From NCBI GenBank assembly GCA_964016885.1, contig OZ024753.1, forward strand, positions 33,108,001 to 33,172,000: DNA of 64,000 nt. The letters are read 5' to 3'. The stretch's first letter is position 1. Every line of letters begins with the position of its first letter. Shown here piece by piece: positions 12,819 to 25,950 of the stretch. This DNA comes from Eledone cirrhosa. Taxonomy: Eukaryota. The notes below the pieces were generated by a model. That model worked only from the letters and a program-made list of their open reading frames with translations. It did no database searches and had not been told where the DNA came from. The translations under genes were made by a program, and so were the position numbers.

Positions 12819-14029
12819 TAATACACACACACACACACACATATCTATGCATATACACGTAAACACACACACATATATATATATACACATACATATGCAC
12901 ATATCTATGCATATACACGTAAACACACACACACATATATATATATATACACATAAATGAAAGCATATACATATATACGTACACATACTTCATATAGAGA
13001 CATACAATAGAACAGGAGTTGTTCAATGAAATAAGAAGATAAAGCAATAACAACACTTCAGCTAGCATTCCTATAGAATATCGACCAAGAAACACAGATA
13101 CACACACCCATATATATATATATATATATATATACGCATACACACACATTCATACACATTTACATACACTTATACACACTCACATATATACATAATGAAA
13201 TTATGCGTTTCTGTGATATCAATCTACAGAGCTAAATTAATACAACAATTACTAAAGGGGACAATAATATTGTGTTGACGACCGAAATCAGTTTAATTGT
13301 GGAATATAGTGTGATTTTATAGTGTCAAGTTAGAAATCCTGTTGAGACTAATTTAGACTTATATAAATTGTACAATTTATATCTTGCGAAACTACAGTAG
13401 GAAAATCATTTATACCCTTCAGGTAAAACAACACGACACAAATATAGCATATTGATATTATTTTGACAGTCTGTCTATTATAACAACCATCTCAGGGAAT
13501 CATCGTATAAGTGTCTATTTGATGGGAGGCCACAAAATATTTCAAGTTATTCCAAATAAAACATACATTCACTATATATGTGGAGAGGGCAAGAGGGTAA
13601 GCAGCAGAGAAAGCTTGAAATAGAGAAAGAACATTAGTCACAGCGGTAGTCAGAGAGAGACAATAAGGCTGCCACAAATTTTGGTCTATTGAAGTCCACC
13701 TACAATATATAGCTTTTCAACCTAGAACCACATGATTACAAAGTAAATGTTTTAATCACACAACCATGCCTGTACTTGTATATACAGAAATTAAATTGTA
13801 GATGCATAGACCTAACATAGTAAAAATATTAAATTGATAAAACTCTTTTGTATGTGAAGAGAAGTTTAATGTAAAAGGGAAACTTGAAATGTTCTAGTAA
13901 TGTATTGCAGAATATTTTATTCTCAGCAACCAAGTGAAGTCTATATTTTGTAAGGTGTCGATGTTTAACCTTAGTTCAATTCTGATAGAGCAGACCTATA
14001 ATAAAAAATGATTCAGCCATAGCCAACTC

Positions 14030-14445
14030 CATGGTAAACTTATTGTATATAAGCCAAGGAATATATGACCAAAAGATTAAAGGTAAAAGGGGCCCACCTT
14101 ATATTCGGGGTCAATATTTTGATAATTTTCACTAACTTCAAATTCTACATAAATAATTGTTTCTACTTGTGGCACAAGGCCAGCAATTACCAAGTGTATT
14201 ACTGGTACTTTATTTTATCGACCCATAAGGATGAAAGGCAAAGTTAACCTCTGCGGGATTTGAATTCAGAATGGCAAGGGCCGTAACTATGCATCTAAGC
14301 ATGGCGTCCGACCCTCTACCGAAACTGCCAATCCACCGCCCTATAAATTCTACATAAATAATGTTTGGATTTTTGCCCATTTCCCATATGTAAAATAGTG
14401 GGGGCGGCTTATATTTGTATGTATATATTTGATTTTATATGGTAA
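14030..14445. mobile_element. Decayed pogo/Tigger-like MITE remnant interrupted by a SINE
   Basis: GGGGCGGCTTATAT subterminal motif (a similar CCTTATATTCGGG occurs earlier) and ..TATATGGTA end. Confidence 0.35.
14151..14341 (-). mobile_element. Full-length SINE S1 with 18-bp target-site duplication (TSD)
   Basis: AAATTCTACATAAATAAT at 14140-14157 and 14345-14362. Confidence 0.92.
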
Positions 14446-14668
14446 TGGGCTGGTAGATTTAATTTGAATGATAGGCTTAATCTATCACCTGGCATAATAA
14501 CACTAAGGCCATTGGGCACCTTGAACAGAGCCCACTCTGTTGCAAGAATTTGGGCCAAGTATCTGAATTGAAAATATCTTCCTTCTTTTCCACCAGTCTA
14601 AGGGGCTGTGAAGAATATCAAAAGCACTGCCTTTTTCTCCCTAACTAAGTAGTTTTTAAAAACGTTCT

Positions 14669-14959
14669 AATGTGTCCATTTATAACATAGTAGAATATGA
14701 TTTGAAGCATATTTGACAGCTAACTTTAGAAAATCAAGTGACTGTTTAATGGCCTCCCTCTTCCTTTTAAGTGTTTACCACAGGATTCAAAACTTTAAGC
14801 AATTTGAAATTGAGGAATATTTTGTAATCTTTTTCCTACTGACTTCAATTTTACCCGTGAGAATGAATGAAAAATATAGGAACTACATCAACTTCATTAG
14901 AAGTTGAGGTAGTTCCTATATTTTTTAGTTCAGATAAATACAAAATAAAACCTAAGTTT
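14669..14959. repeat. Unclassified hairpin-rich repeat, copy 2
   Basis: Near-identical to 12060-12361. Confidence 0.85.
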
Positions 14960-16399
14960 GGCTTGGTGAGGATGATAATGATGGCAATAAACTTTAGAGG
15001 TGTTGATCTTATTTAAGTTTTGTGGAACATAAAACTTATATTATCAAAGTGGTTGTACATTATATTTATTTAATATCTCCATTGATACTCACCCTCCCAC
15101 ACAGTAGAACTCTTTCATTAATTCCATAATTTGATTTCTGCTGCGGTCAATGTGAGAAACGTTTATTTTGCTAGTGTTTGAGATAAAGATATTTAAGTAC
15201 AAATATTTGATAGTTTTGCCATATCAGAAATATATATATATTGTTTCTTTTGAATATGTAACATTGTCTTACATTACTATGTTAGAAGATATTAGGACAA
15301 ATATTGCGGGGATACCAATCATTGAATTCACTGATACATGGATAAATTATTGCTTCATATCTATGTAAACTATATTCATTCACACAATATGTATCCGTTT
15401 CTCTTTAGTATTTTCCATTACCATATATTTGTTTAGATTTCATATTGATTTATTTCATACTTTGTTAGTTTAGCTATATTTCATGTGACTAATTTGTTAA
15501 GGTGAAATAATTGACATATATTTCTATATTTCAATACATCTATGAGGAGAAAGGCATGGCCAAGTGGTTAAGAAGTTTGCTTCACAATTATATTTGATCC
15601 TATTGAGTGGCATCTTGGTCAAGTGTCTTTTCCCATAACCTTATGTGAACCCAAGTTATGTGAGTGAAAATGGGTAGATAAAAAATAGGTAGAAGCTTAT
15701 CAGATGGACAGCATCTGTAATTGAAAGATGTAGACTTGTGAGAATTTGCCACACTGATTCTACTTGAGAATTATGTGCCTGTGGAATACTCAAGCACTTT
15801 ACATGTTAATTCAATGAAATGAAGAGGTCATTCAGTTGCTAGGACAACTAGGTGCTCATAAGTACTTGGTGAGAGAGTTCATCATATTTCTAGAGAACAA
15901 ATCATTTTCATGTTAGTTCAAGATATGAGTTTGAAACCAATGTGCTTTACTCTCTCTGCTTTTTGATGAGTGGATTTTTTTTATCAGTAATAGATTAGGA
16001 TGCTGTTAAATAGAGTAGTTATCTCTCATATTTTTAACACTGGATAAAGTAGAACAGTTATATTCTACATCTTGATTGACATACATAAAGCTATAAAAAG
16101 ATTCCCTAGTAGACATAATCATGGGGGCAGTTTTCTTCGGATGAAGAGAGAATAATCTCTGAAATATATAACGATATTCTTATGTTTCTTTGTGTACAGA
16201 GGAGTGCAACATGAAACCATATTTGTATTCCCTCGTGTAAATTCCTTAACCAACATGTATCATTTCTCAAGGAAGTCCCCAGTAATAGTTTGTAAGTTTA
16301 TAGTGCAGAAAGAAAACTAACTGAGTAGCCTATAACATTTTATTGGTAGCAAATCTAAAAACATTATATTGATGTGTAGAAAACAAGAGATGTTTTTAA

Positions 16400-16660
16400 T
16401 GTTTTTGATGCCAAACTGCCTGAAACTGTCTTGGATTTATGATACAAAACTCTCATTTTTAAATGTTTATCCTTTTGTGAAAACCTTCCTTCACATTTTT
16501 ATATTAGAAATTTGTTTCAGTAATGTTTCCTAAATATAAGCTTCCTAATGAGAAGCTTTATATTAAATTCATCCATTTTTTTCTGTTTTTTAAATTAATT
16601 GTAACACATAAGTGCTCTATTTCATTAAAAATATGATAATGAAAGTTTTAAAGGGATTAA
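16400..16660. mobile_element. Old AT-rich piggyBac-type MITE, family P2
   Basis: Loosely similar segments at ~24800-25010, ~30480-30730, ~40420-40620, ~45095-45320 and ~60050-60483; some end in AAAGGGTTAA or start with TTAACCTTTT. Confidence 0.4.
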
Positions 16661-17815
16661 ATGAAATAATGACAAATATCTGTTCCAAAAGTGTTATTAA
16701 ACAACAGACTACATAGTCACTCAGCACATTAACAATTGCAACCATATCTCACCCAAACCACACTTCTCTACCTTAGGAAACCCAATAACATTGTATAATA
16801 TAGTATTAGATACCTATTGAAGTCATAGTTGTAAATGTAATGACTAGAATGCATTGCCTGTCTACTCCATAAACATTGAACTGGGGTTAACCAAAGATAT
16901 ATACCGAATTAGTATCACAGGAAATAATCAACCTGTTATAAAATGACACCAGTACAAGAATTTAATCTTTGCATTGGATTGAGTGATAATGTATAACTTA
17001 AATTTAAACATTTATAGTACATTAAACACTTCCTTGTATTAGAACAAACATACAAAACTGTCAATATGATTTGAGATAAATCTTAATTTCAGACGAGTTT
17101 ACAGTTTATAGAAGCAACGAGACATCATTATCATATATCCAATTCCATTTAGTGTATCTAAGATTCAGAATATCAATGCAAAATATAATGACTTATGGCA
17201 GAACTAGTAAGCTTTTCTGAAATACTTATGACCTTTACTAAAATACTTCATCTGTGTCTGAAACTTCCAAATAAATAACCAACTGATTGTCATTAATAAA
17301 ATAGGTTATGCAGATAAAGGTATATATATGATTGGATATTCAAACTTTCTTTTATAGAATTAATATAGGCTTATGGATAGAAGCGTTTCCATATGGCTGT
17401 TTAACATGTGAGAAATGGCAGTCAGTTATACTTTACGTGAATCTTCTAGTCACAAATCATAAGCTTATCATCTCTATAAGGGCTCAGACTCATATCAGAG
17501 CCTATCTGATGACATTTACCCATGTGGAAATATTGTGGATGTTTACATGCTTCAGTGCCCATGGAGACACTGATGACTTTGTTTCCATGACTGTGAACAC
17601 ATCATTATCACTGTTTTACATCTATATTCCATACTTATATGTGTTATATGGCTGTATTATGCTGAGGCCAGACTATTCAAGTGACTAGATCCTACTCATA
17701 TGCTTTGATTTGTCTTGGTTTCTTTGGATGCCCTTCATAACATCAACCACTTTACAGAGTATACTGGGAGCATGGTTTCTATGGTTGGATGCCCTTCATA
17801 ATGTCAGCCACTATC

Positions 17816-18067
17816 TGTTTATATACAATAAACATATGGGAGCCTTGCTATTAAAGAAAACATCTAATCTATTTACATATCAGTACTAGTTGCGTCAATA
17901 TCACTAATGAGAGATTAATGAATCTTAAAACAGCACTGTCTGGCATTCTTGACTTACTGATTACGTGATCTGTTCATTAGAATAAAAAGAGAAAAATAAT
18001 GTTTTCATAATGAAAAAATATTTTTCCTTTAATAGCAAGGCTCCCATATGTTTACTGTATATAAACA
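17816..18067 (+). mobile_element. Inverted-repeat element with degenerate hammerhead motif, family D
   Basis: 41-bp arms at 17816-17856 and 18027-18067; internal CTAATGA-g-AGATT-aatg-AATCT-t-AAAACAG-ca-CTGTC at 17904-17940. Confidence 0.6.
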
Positions 18068-18442
18068 TATAGTATATGCTTTCATATACACCTCTATTAT
18101 GCTGAACACTATCTTAGTGCTACTGCCAATATATATAATCCATGGATAGGGCAAGATTGAATTCTATTCTATGAAAAGTAATAGAAAGTAATAATCTGCA
18201 TTATTTGCTAATGTTTCACAAATAATGCATTGTAGAAACATAAAAATACATAAATAAAAATAAACTACATAAGTTTCTAAATCTGTAATCACCTTTTGAA
18301 AATAATAGACAGCTATAATCATATGTGTCCTTGTTTAAATACATCACAGAAATGTGATAAACAGCAGCTTTAATATAGTGTAATTATTCTATACAGAGGG
18401 AAAGATACCATATCTACATCAGTTTCCATTAGTTAGGGGATA

Positions 18443-18501
<59 letters not shown>

Positions 18502-19712
18502 AAAATATATACGAAAATGAATATATATATGTGTGTGTTTATGTGTGTAGAGAGAGAGAGAGACAAACACAAATATAGAAAGAGTGTGTGCGCATGTACG
18601 TGTGCGTGTGTGTGTGTGTATAGATATACCACAAATTGGAAAACAAAATAGAAAAATCTATGTAAAGAAGAGACATATTCGGACAAATATATGTGAAAGA
18701 AAATTACAAGAGTAAACATAAGTATACCATTCCAAATATTTTACAAGCTTAGATTTAAATGTACTGCTCTACACCAAATCTCTATTTTGTTACTAATACA
18801 ACTATTTGTGAAGGCAAGTGGCATTATGGTTAGGATATTTAGCTCACAATCTTAAAGGCATGAGTTCAATTGCCATGTGTATGTAGTGTCCCTGACTATA
18901 ACACTTTATTTCCTAATGCTCTAGTTGGCTCAGCTAGATACCCATAATTCAAAAGCCCAGCCTTGTAATATACTCTTTTTCATTAAGTCCCTCCAAAAAT
19001 TCCATTAAGAATACATTTGTCTCAGGAATGCTCAGCTTAGTGATTATAGGTATTCAGCTCAAAATCATAAGGTTGTGACCATGTTGTGTTCTTTAGCAAG
19101 AAACTTTATTTCATGTTACTCCAGTACACTCAGCTGGCAAAAATGAGGTGTACCTATAATTCAAAATGCTAGTGTTGTCACACACTAAAAACTACAGCCA
19201 AGGATATATGTTTCTGTGGAATACTCAGCCACTTGCACACTAATTTCATAAGCAGCTGTTTCATGGTAGAAGAGGAAGAGAAGGAAATGAAGCTGTACCA
19301 AGGTCTGGAAAGTAAAATTGCAAGAGAGTGGGATATGGAAAAAGGTGGAAGTGTACCAGTTGTAATGGGAAAGGTGAAACCTTTGGTACAAACGTAAATA
19401 AAATAAAATCCTAACACTAACTGCAAGTATCCTAATGAAGTTGCTTGAAGATTGATCTGATAATACAATCCAAAATGACTCTGGATCATTAGTGACCTGC
19501 TGCTAAAATTTTATGAAGAACACAAGACAAGTCTGCAATATGGACAACTACAGAATGTAAAGAGCTGGAAACAAATACCACAAAGGTATGATGCCTTACC
19601 AATCCTGCTAATTCCCCACCATAATAATAATGGTTTCTGATATACAAACAAGGTCAACAATTTGGGGGAAGGGGAAAGTTGATTAAATTGATGCCAGAGC
19701 AGTACTGGTACA

Positions 19713-19894
19713 TAATAATAATTGTTTCTACTTTTGGCACAAGGCCAGCAATTACCCAGTACATTACTGGTACTTTATTTTATCGACCCCGTAAGGATGA
19801 GAGGCAAAGTTAACCTTAGAGGGATTTGAACTCAGATTATAAAGGGACATAACTATGCTGGAAAGCATGTCTGACCCTCTACCGATACTGCCAA
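19713..19894 (-). mobile_element. SINE S1, next to an older S1-like fragment at ~19620-19710
   Basis: Matches family consensus; bounded by (TAA)n. Confidence 0.88.
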
Positions 19895-19909
19895 TAATAA
19901 TAATAAGAA

Positions 19910-20205
19910 GAAGAACCTGCAATTGCAAGAATTTGGAACATGAAATCTGTAAAGATTGTACATGTGATAATCGGTGAACTTTGGACTCAGTGACGAAATG
20001 AGTGGATAAAGGAGATTGGAGAAGAGTGTCCTGTAGAGGTTCTACAGAAGATTTGCTTCTTAGGAACTGGGAAGACCATCTGAGGGCTTTTGAACACTTC
20101 CTGACTCATTTAAAATCATGAGGATACTAAGGTTACAGGCGATAACACACTACCCGACAAATCTTACCAAGAATAAGATCAATCCAGAGTTAAAAAAGAT
20201 AAATA
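19910..20205 (+). mobile_element. R4/Dong-like RLE non-LTR retrotransposon, 3' fragment
   Basis: IARIWNMKSVKIVHVIIGEL..EWIKEIGEECPVEVLQKICFLGTGKTI*GLL resembles the R4/Dong C-terminus (I.R.W....V.VVPVVIGALG..LLQK..LLGTARILR.VL); adjacent to (TAA)n. Confidence 0.75.
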
Positions 20206-23200
20206 ATTTGTTGTAATAATGAATTATTGTTTCTGTATCTAATAATAGAGATATTAACTAATTGACAGTCCTCCACACTATAACATAATGAAGCAGATAA
20301 ATAATGATTTTTAAAAAAAAAACAAATTTAGAGATAATTTTTTTCAAATGAAACATAATTGGAAAAAAATCAATAGCTCAACAAAAAAGTGTGCCAAAAT
20401 TTTTTTTTTTTTGTATATTTTATTTAAGGAGAGACAAAGGGAAAAATAATATTACTCATTTAGTTTTACTTTTTAAAACATAATTTCTGTATTTTCATTT
20501 TCTAAATTTTCCAATATTTTAATGCTTCCAAAGAAAAAAAAAATTAAGTAATTTTTCTTTTTAATAGAGAACAAAGAACACCTTTTGTAAATGATCCAAT
20601 AGAGAAATTATGAATCATCAAAACATTAGCATGACACTTCTGATTGGAAATGGAGCATTCAATCTAGTTCTGTAACATATAGATTAAATTCTATCCATCC
20701 ATGATGGACCCTGAGTTCTTGAGTCAACCATTGTGACTCACAATGCACCTTGAGCATTCAAATCTTGTGAAGTTCAACCCTCTCCAGAGCTGAAAATAGC
20801 TGATTTCTGAGAGATAGGAATAACCGTCCATAGTACTACACGATTTTGATATTATGATTGCCATTGGGATTTGAACTCAAAGTGGAGACTACCAAACTAA
20901 ATATTCTGAAGAACTCTATCCAATGTTCTAATGTATCTAATTTTCTCTCTCTTTCTCTGGAAATAAATCAGCAGGAACAGAATGAAGAAGGATATCCTCT
21001 ACCAGATTTAAAATACCCCAAACACACAACATATCTTTATAGTGCCCCAACAACTTCATTAGGAGATAAACACCTATGCCACTTTACCTAAGTGTCAATA
21101 AAATTACAGTTGTATACCAATGTTAGTAACATTGAGATGGACACAAACATGAAGAGGAGATGAGGAAGGTTTTGAGCCACATAGTATTGAGAAAACAGAG
21201 AAAAGATGCTGAGTTCAATACCACTCTAGAATAATTACACCTGATGTGCAAGAATTTGCAAGATGGACCGATATTAGAAATTATTAATTTTAGAAAAATC
21301 TTCAAAAAGTTTAGATAACAATTTCCAACTCATAATGCTGATGTTTTTGTTAAGTTACAGCTGTTGCTAACTAGTTTATGGTTAGTCTTGATAGACTTTA
21401 ATTATAAACCTGCTCTGTCTAGATGTGAGAATCCCATAGTTTTGGATATCAAGGATTTCCTGTGCAATGTCTTCTTTTCTTTTTAACATGTGAATTGTAG
21501 GAAGATTTGGTCATTATTTTATTATAAGGCAATTCATTTGCTTTACAAAAATATATTAATCAACATGAAAAGTTAAAATTATTTTAAAAGAGAAAGCAGC
21601 TGTTGGTATTGGTTTACTGAAACATTACTACAATTATATTTATCCAGTGTGTTCTGCATTTTTTATGACAATAAGGGTGTTAATTTAAGGTGAATTTTGT
21701 ATGTCAAATAAACCAGCTTGTGGTTCCATTGGTGGTTGATTTAGTTGTTAAAGTTCTATTTTCTCCTTATGTTAGTTGGTGCTGTTAATATTTCTTTACT
21801 ATACTGATCTGTCCTCTCCTTCCTTTCTAGTATAATCAAGAAAAATAACTTAGTTATTTCATCTTATATATATTTTATTTTTTAAACTTCCATTACCAAC
21901 TAACAAATTTTCTCTTTCTCTCTTCCAGCATTCACAATACAGAGACATTTCAAATAAATTTCTCCTTTTTCTCCCCTTTTTTTACTCTCATCTGATATTT
22001 TCATCGTTTTTAGTTTTGTAAGGTTTTCTTTTTTTATTTTATTTTATTTTTCGGTTTCGTAATTTTTCTATTTTATTTTATCACACGAAGGCACCATAGC
22101 ATCATTTTTAGCATCATTTCTTCTTGATTGTTTTAAATTTATCACAAAGAAAATTCAAATGAAGCAGACACTTGATTAACGTATTTTTCTGGTACAGATC
22201 TTCTCATCGATGTTGTTCTGTATTTGTATAATTTTTGTTTCACACTGTTCTTTTATCAGTTCTTTCAATGCCTGGCTATTTTTATCTTTCTGCTTACTTT
22301 TGTCTTTCTTTTAACTATGTAGTTCAGTTTTCTTTAGAATTGCTACACTATTTTCATTTATTTTGTTTTTTTATATATATAATTTATTCAATGATTAAAA
22401 AAATTATTTTTAAAGAAAATTTTATTTGTATATTTGTTTCCAAGGATTTCTTTAAAACTAAGCAATTCTATATCATCCGTATAAGTTTCTATATCAAATG
22501 TTTTCCTTAACACTAAAGAAATTTAGTCTTAGACTATAAATATTTTATGTAGTTATGCTTTTGTTTGTTTGGCTGCTGAGGTTTTCTTTTAAAAGGGTTT
22601 CTTCCCACACCCACCTCAAATATTACACAGTTCCTTTCTTCTTAATTCAAGAAAGTGCGGAAATAAAATAAAACTTTAATGTTACTTTGTCTTTCAGCAA
22701 TTGGACATCTTTTGAATTTCCTTCAGTTTCTTCTCTCCATCATTTTGGCTAATCTTCTTGTTCGTCATTCACTCTATTTTTTATTCATTCCATCATTCAT
22801 TGATTGAGTCAATTCCCAATGACGTCTCACTCACCTTTTCTTTCCACCACTCCTACTCATTCATTTGATCTCACATTTTTACCATATTTCTAATGTTTCA
22901 TTTAACATTTGAAATAATCAGCAATTTAGTTTTGGAATATAACAACTAATTAATCAAGAATATATCTGTATCTAGGTGAGGTAATGAAATAAGCCTTACT
23001 GGGTATTGAATAACTAAATCCAATAAAGGTAGATGATCAACAATGCCTTTGACCATTTTTTCCCCTCTCTTAGGGTATTTTATCCAATTTCTCAAATATA
23101 TTCTGCATTTGAGAATCTCATATATTTTAATTAAAAAGAATAGAGATTTATTTCAAAATGAGTTGATGCACCAGAATCCAAACTACTTAAAATACGAAAT

Positions 23201-25032
23201 AGTTATAGTTAATAGTTAATATGGTGAAGATGGTTACAACTAGAATGTGATTAGGGTCTTCTCAATCAAGGTTAACTTGTAGCTAAACATCAGCGTGACG
23301 ACTACTGTAAATGAAGGACAGACATGCATTCATCATTATCATCATCATTTTACAATTGCTTTTACATGCTGGCATGGGTTAGAGGGGTTACAACAGACTA
23401 TGTCAGTATTTAATTGGAGTTACTGTCCTCCCAGATGAGCTAGTGGTAGGGAGTATTTCTAACTTGCATACGTTCTAATTTTAACATGGTTTTTACACTT
23501 TACATAGAGTACTGGATGTATTTAATCATGGCAACAACACTACAAAGATTACCATGTCCAAAACACAACTAAAGAGTTTTAACATCTCTTTGTTTGGCAT
23601 GGATTTAGTTGGTGGTTACGCTTTCTGACACCAACCACTTAGGTGCCCTAGGGCCACCTCCCTACTCACCCCCATAGGTGCTGAGCTGACCAGCCGCAGG
23701 TGTGAGCCTTGTGATCTGGAATGGCTCTTCCACCGCAACACCCTTACACTCCTCCGGAGAAACGCCTTCTCCATTCTGTCCGTCGGGACTGCAGGGAGGC
23801 CAGCACATGGGACCCCATTTGTCACCATATGGAGAGATGGGGAAGGCGAGAGAGATGGAGGCGATGACAGTGGGAGTTTGGCTGTTCTTTCATGTTTACT
23901 TAGGTTAGTATTTTCTATTGATTTCCGATAAAGTCTACTGGGTACAGTTTATCATGGCACAAATATATGTGTTCTAAACTGCCTGGTACTGAACCAGCTG
24001 TTCTGTCCAAGGCATGGCAATTACATTAATGTTGTTTGCACTTGAACTCTGTAGCCAATCACCAACTGTTCATATTTATTTATTTAGTTTTTTGTAAATA
24101 ATAAAGTGAATGTCTGGTTTTCCAATATAGTTTTAGTTCTGTACCAATCTGTAAACTTCATACAAGAAGAAATTAGCCTATGGCATTTTGTCTTCAAGAA
24201 AACAAAATATTTTGACGAAGTAGCTGTTCGTATTAATGTTCTAAAACAGAATTATTACTTTAGACTGCAACTTTTGTTCATTCATAAGTGGATTATTATT
24301 ATTATGTTGTTGTTGTTATTGTAGCTGATGATACTTTTTTATTGCTATTACTATTATTTTTCTTCTTTGTAATTTTTGTAGTTGTGGTGGTAATCCCCAG
24401 ACAGAACAAGCTGAGCACACCTGTGATTACAAAGTTTTTTTAGTCAGTTTACATATATCCATATATCTAGGAATACAATGTCCAATACAACTAACTTTTT
24501 AGATGGTAGGTAGAGTTTAGTGGTGGGGGGTTAACTGCTATTTCTAGCATGTTGGCTGTCATATTTATTCTGTTTATGTGTATTTTATGTCCTGAGAAAG
24601 AAATGTCTGCAATATATTAATTCTGTTTGGAAATTTGTGCAAATGTATTAATAAATATATTGCTGTAAGTATTTGGTTTCAAATAGGAACACTATATACC
24701 TATATTGCCTTAAAATATCACTTCATAAGGTCCCCATGATGAGTATGAAGCCTAGTCATGACTCTCAAAGATAACATACTTTAGCAGGGAAAAATGCAGT
24801 AACCATTTCATACCCTATTTCTTATGATTTTCAATTAAGTTTGATAATGAAGAAGTTGAAAGGAAATAATAATATATAACTTTCTCATTATTAACCTGGT
24901 GCTTAAAGCATAATTTAAAATCATGATGGAAGGTTTTAAATATGACTTTCAAATAAATAATTTCCTATAACCAAGATTAAATTTAGGTAAAGTGGTATGA
25001 AAATGATTAAAGCACTTTTCAGTGTGTGTATG

Positions 25033-25076
<44 letters not shown>

Positions 25077-25240
25077 TTATCTTGACTCTGTATTCCGTTT
25101 ATCTTTCACCGAAAGTGATTTTTCATTACATCTCTTCTTTCCATGATATCCGGAATACATTGAGTTCTTCATACGGATTGGACACTACCGTAAACTCTTG
25201 GTAGATTTATCTACATTATATATATATATATATATATATT

Positions 25241-25560
25241 TCGTTTCTGAATTTGTTTAGCAAGATTCTTTATCTGAAATCGTGTGTTGAAACCGATATT
25301 GTTATACTTTGGGAGGGTCATGTTGCCAATAAGAAACACACGCACCAGTTGCTTTCACTTCAATTTAATTTATTATATATTTATAAATTTACAAATTTAT
25401 AAATTTCTGGTTGGTTGGTTGGTTGGTTCCACAACCAGATAGTTGTTTATATATATATAGTCTATATATATATAGTCATAGTTCTTTCGTCACACACTCT
25501 GTGACCTCTTCAGTGACTGGGGATTTCTTTCTTCGTTTCTGTGCCTTTCCTTTCTTCTAT
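25241..25560 (-). mobile_element. Family-C hammerhead-bearing element
   Basis: Reverse complement matches 11914-12017 plus 12358-12452; contains the hammerhead motif at 25474-25518. Confidence 0.75.
25474..25518 (-). ncRNA. Type-I minimal hammerhead ribozyme motif, family C
   Basis: AGTCA-CTGAAGA-g-GTCAC-agagtgt-GTGAC-GAAA-gaac-TA-TGACT: stems I and II pair, core intact, very short stem III. Confidence 0.75.
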
Positions 25561-25597
25561 CCTACGCCAACAAAATGCCAACAATATATATATATAT

Positions 25598-25781
25598 ACA
25601 CGTTTAATATTGAAATGACATGTACAGGACTAGAACTGTTTCATTAAAAAGAAATCACCATTCTTTTGAATGAAACAGTTCTAGTCCTGTAGAAGCAATT
25701 TCTATATTAAACATGTTTACACACTACTAATGTATTGAGTACCTTACTAACTGTGATTACCACCGATTGAACCTAGGACTC
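25598..25781 (+). mobile_element. Family-B fold-back element
   Basis: Inverted arms ~25598-25652 and ~25661-25716 containing GAAACAG-ttctagtc-CTGTA-GAAGC; tail GTATTGAGTAC..GAACCTAGGA; homologous to 40262-40400. Confidence 0.75.
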
Positions 25782-25825
25782 TCTCTCTAGATAGATAGAT
25801 AGATATATCTATCTATCAGAACTAT

Positions 25826-25950
25826 CAGAACAGCTAGATCAGAACTAGCTGTTGAAACAGCAGGAGCTCAACTATTGGGGTCTCCAATTGTTCATATTAC
25901 CTACTCTATAACCCAAGGATCTAGTACTCTGGTTTTTACTGCATCTATCC
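25826..25950 (+). mobile_element. Degenerate family-A fragment
   Basis: AACAGCTAG-atcagaa-CTAGCTGTT-GAAAC..GAGCTC..GGGGTC..ATTACCTACTCT..AGTACTCTGG. Confidence 0.65.
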
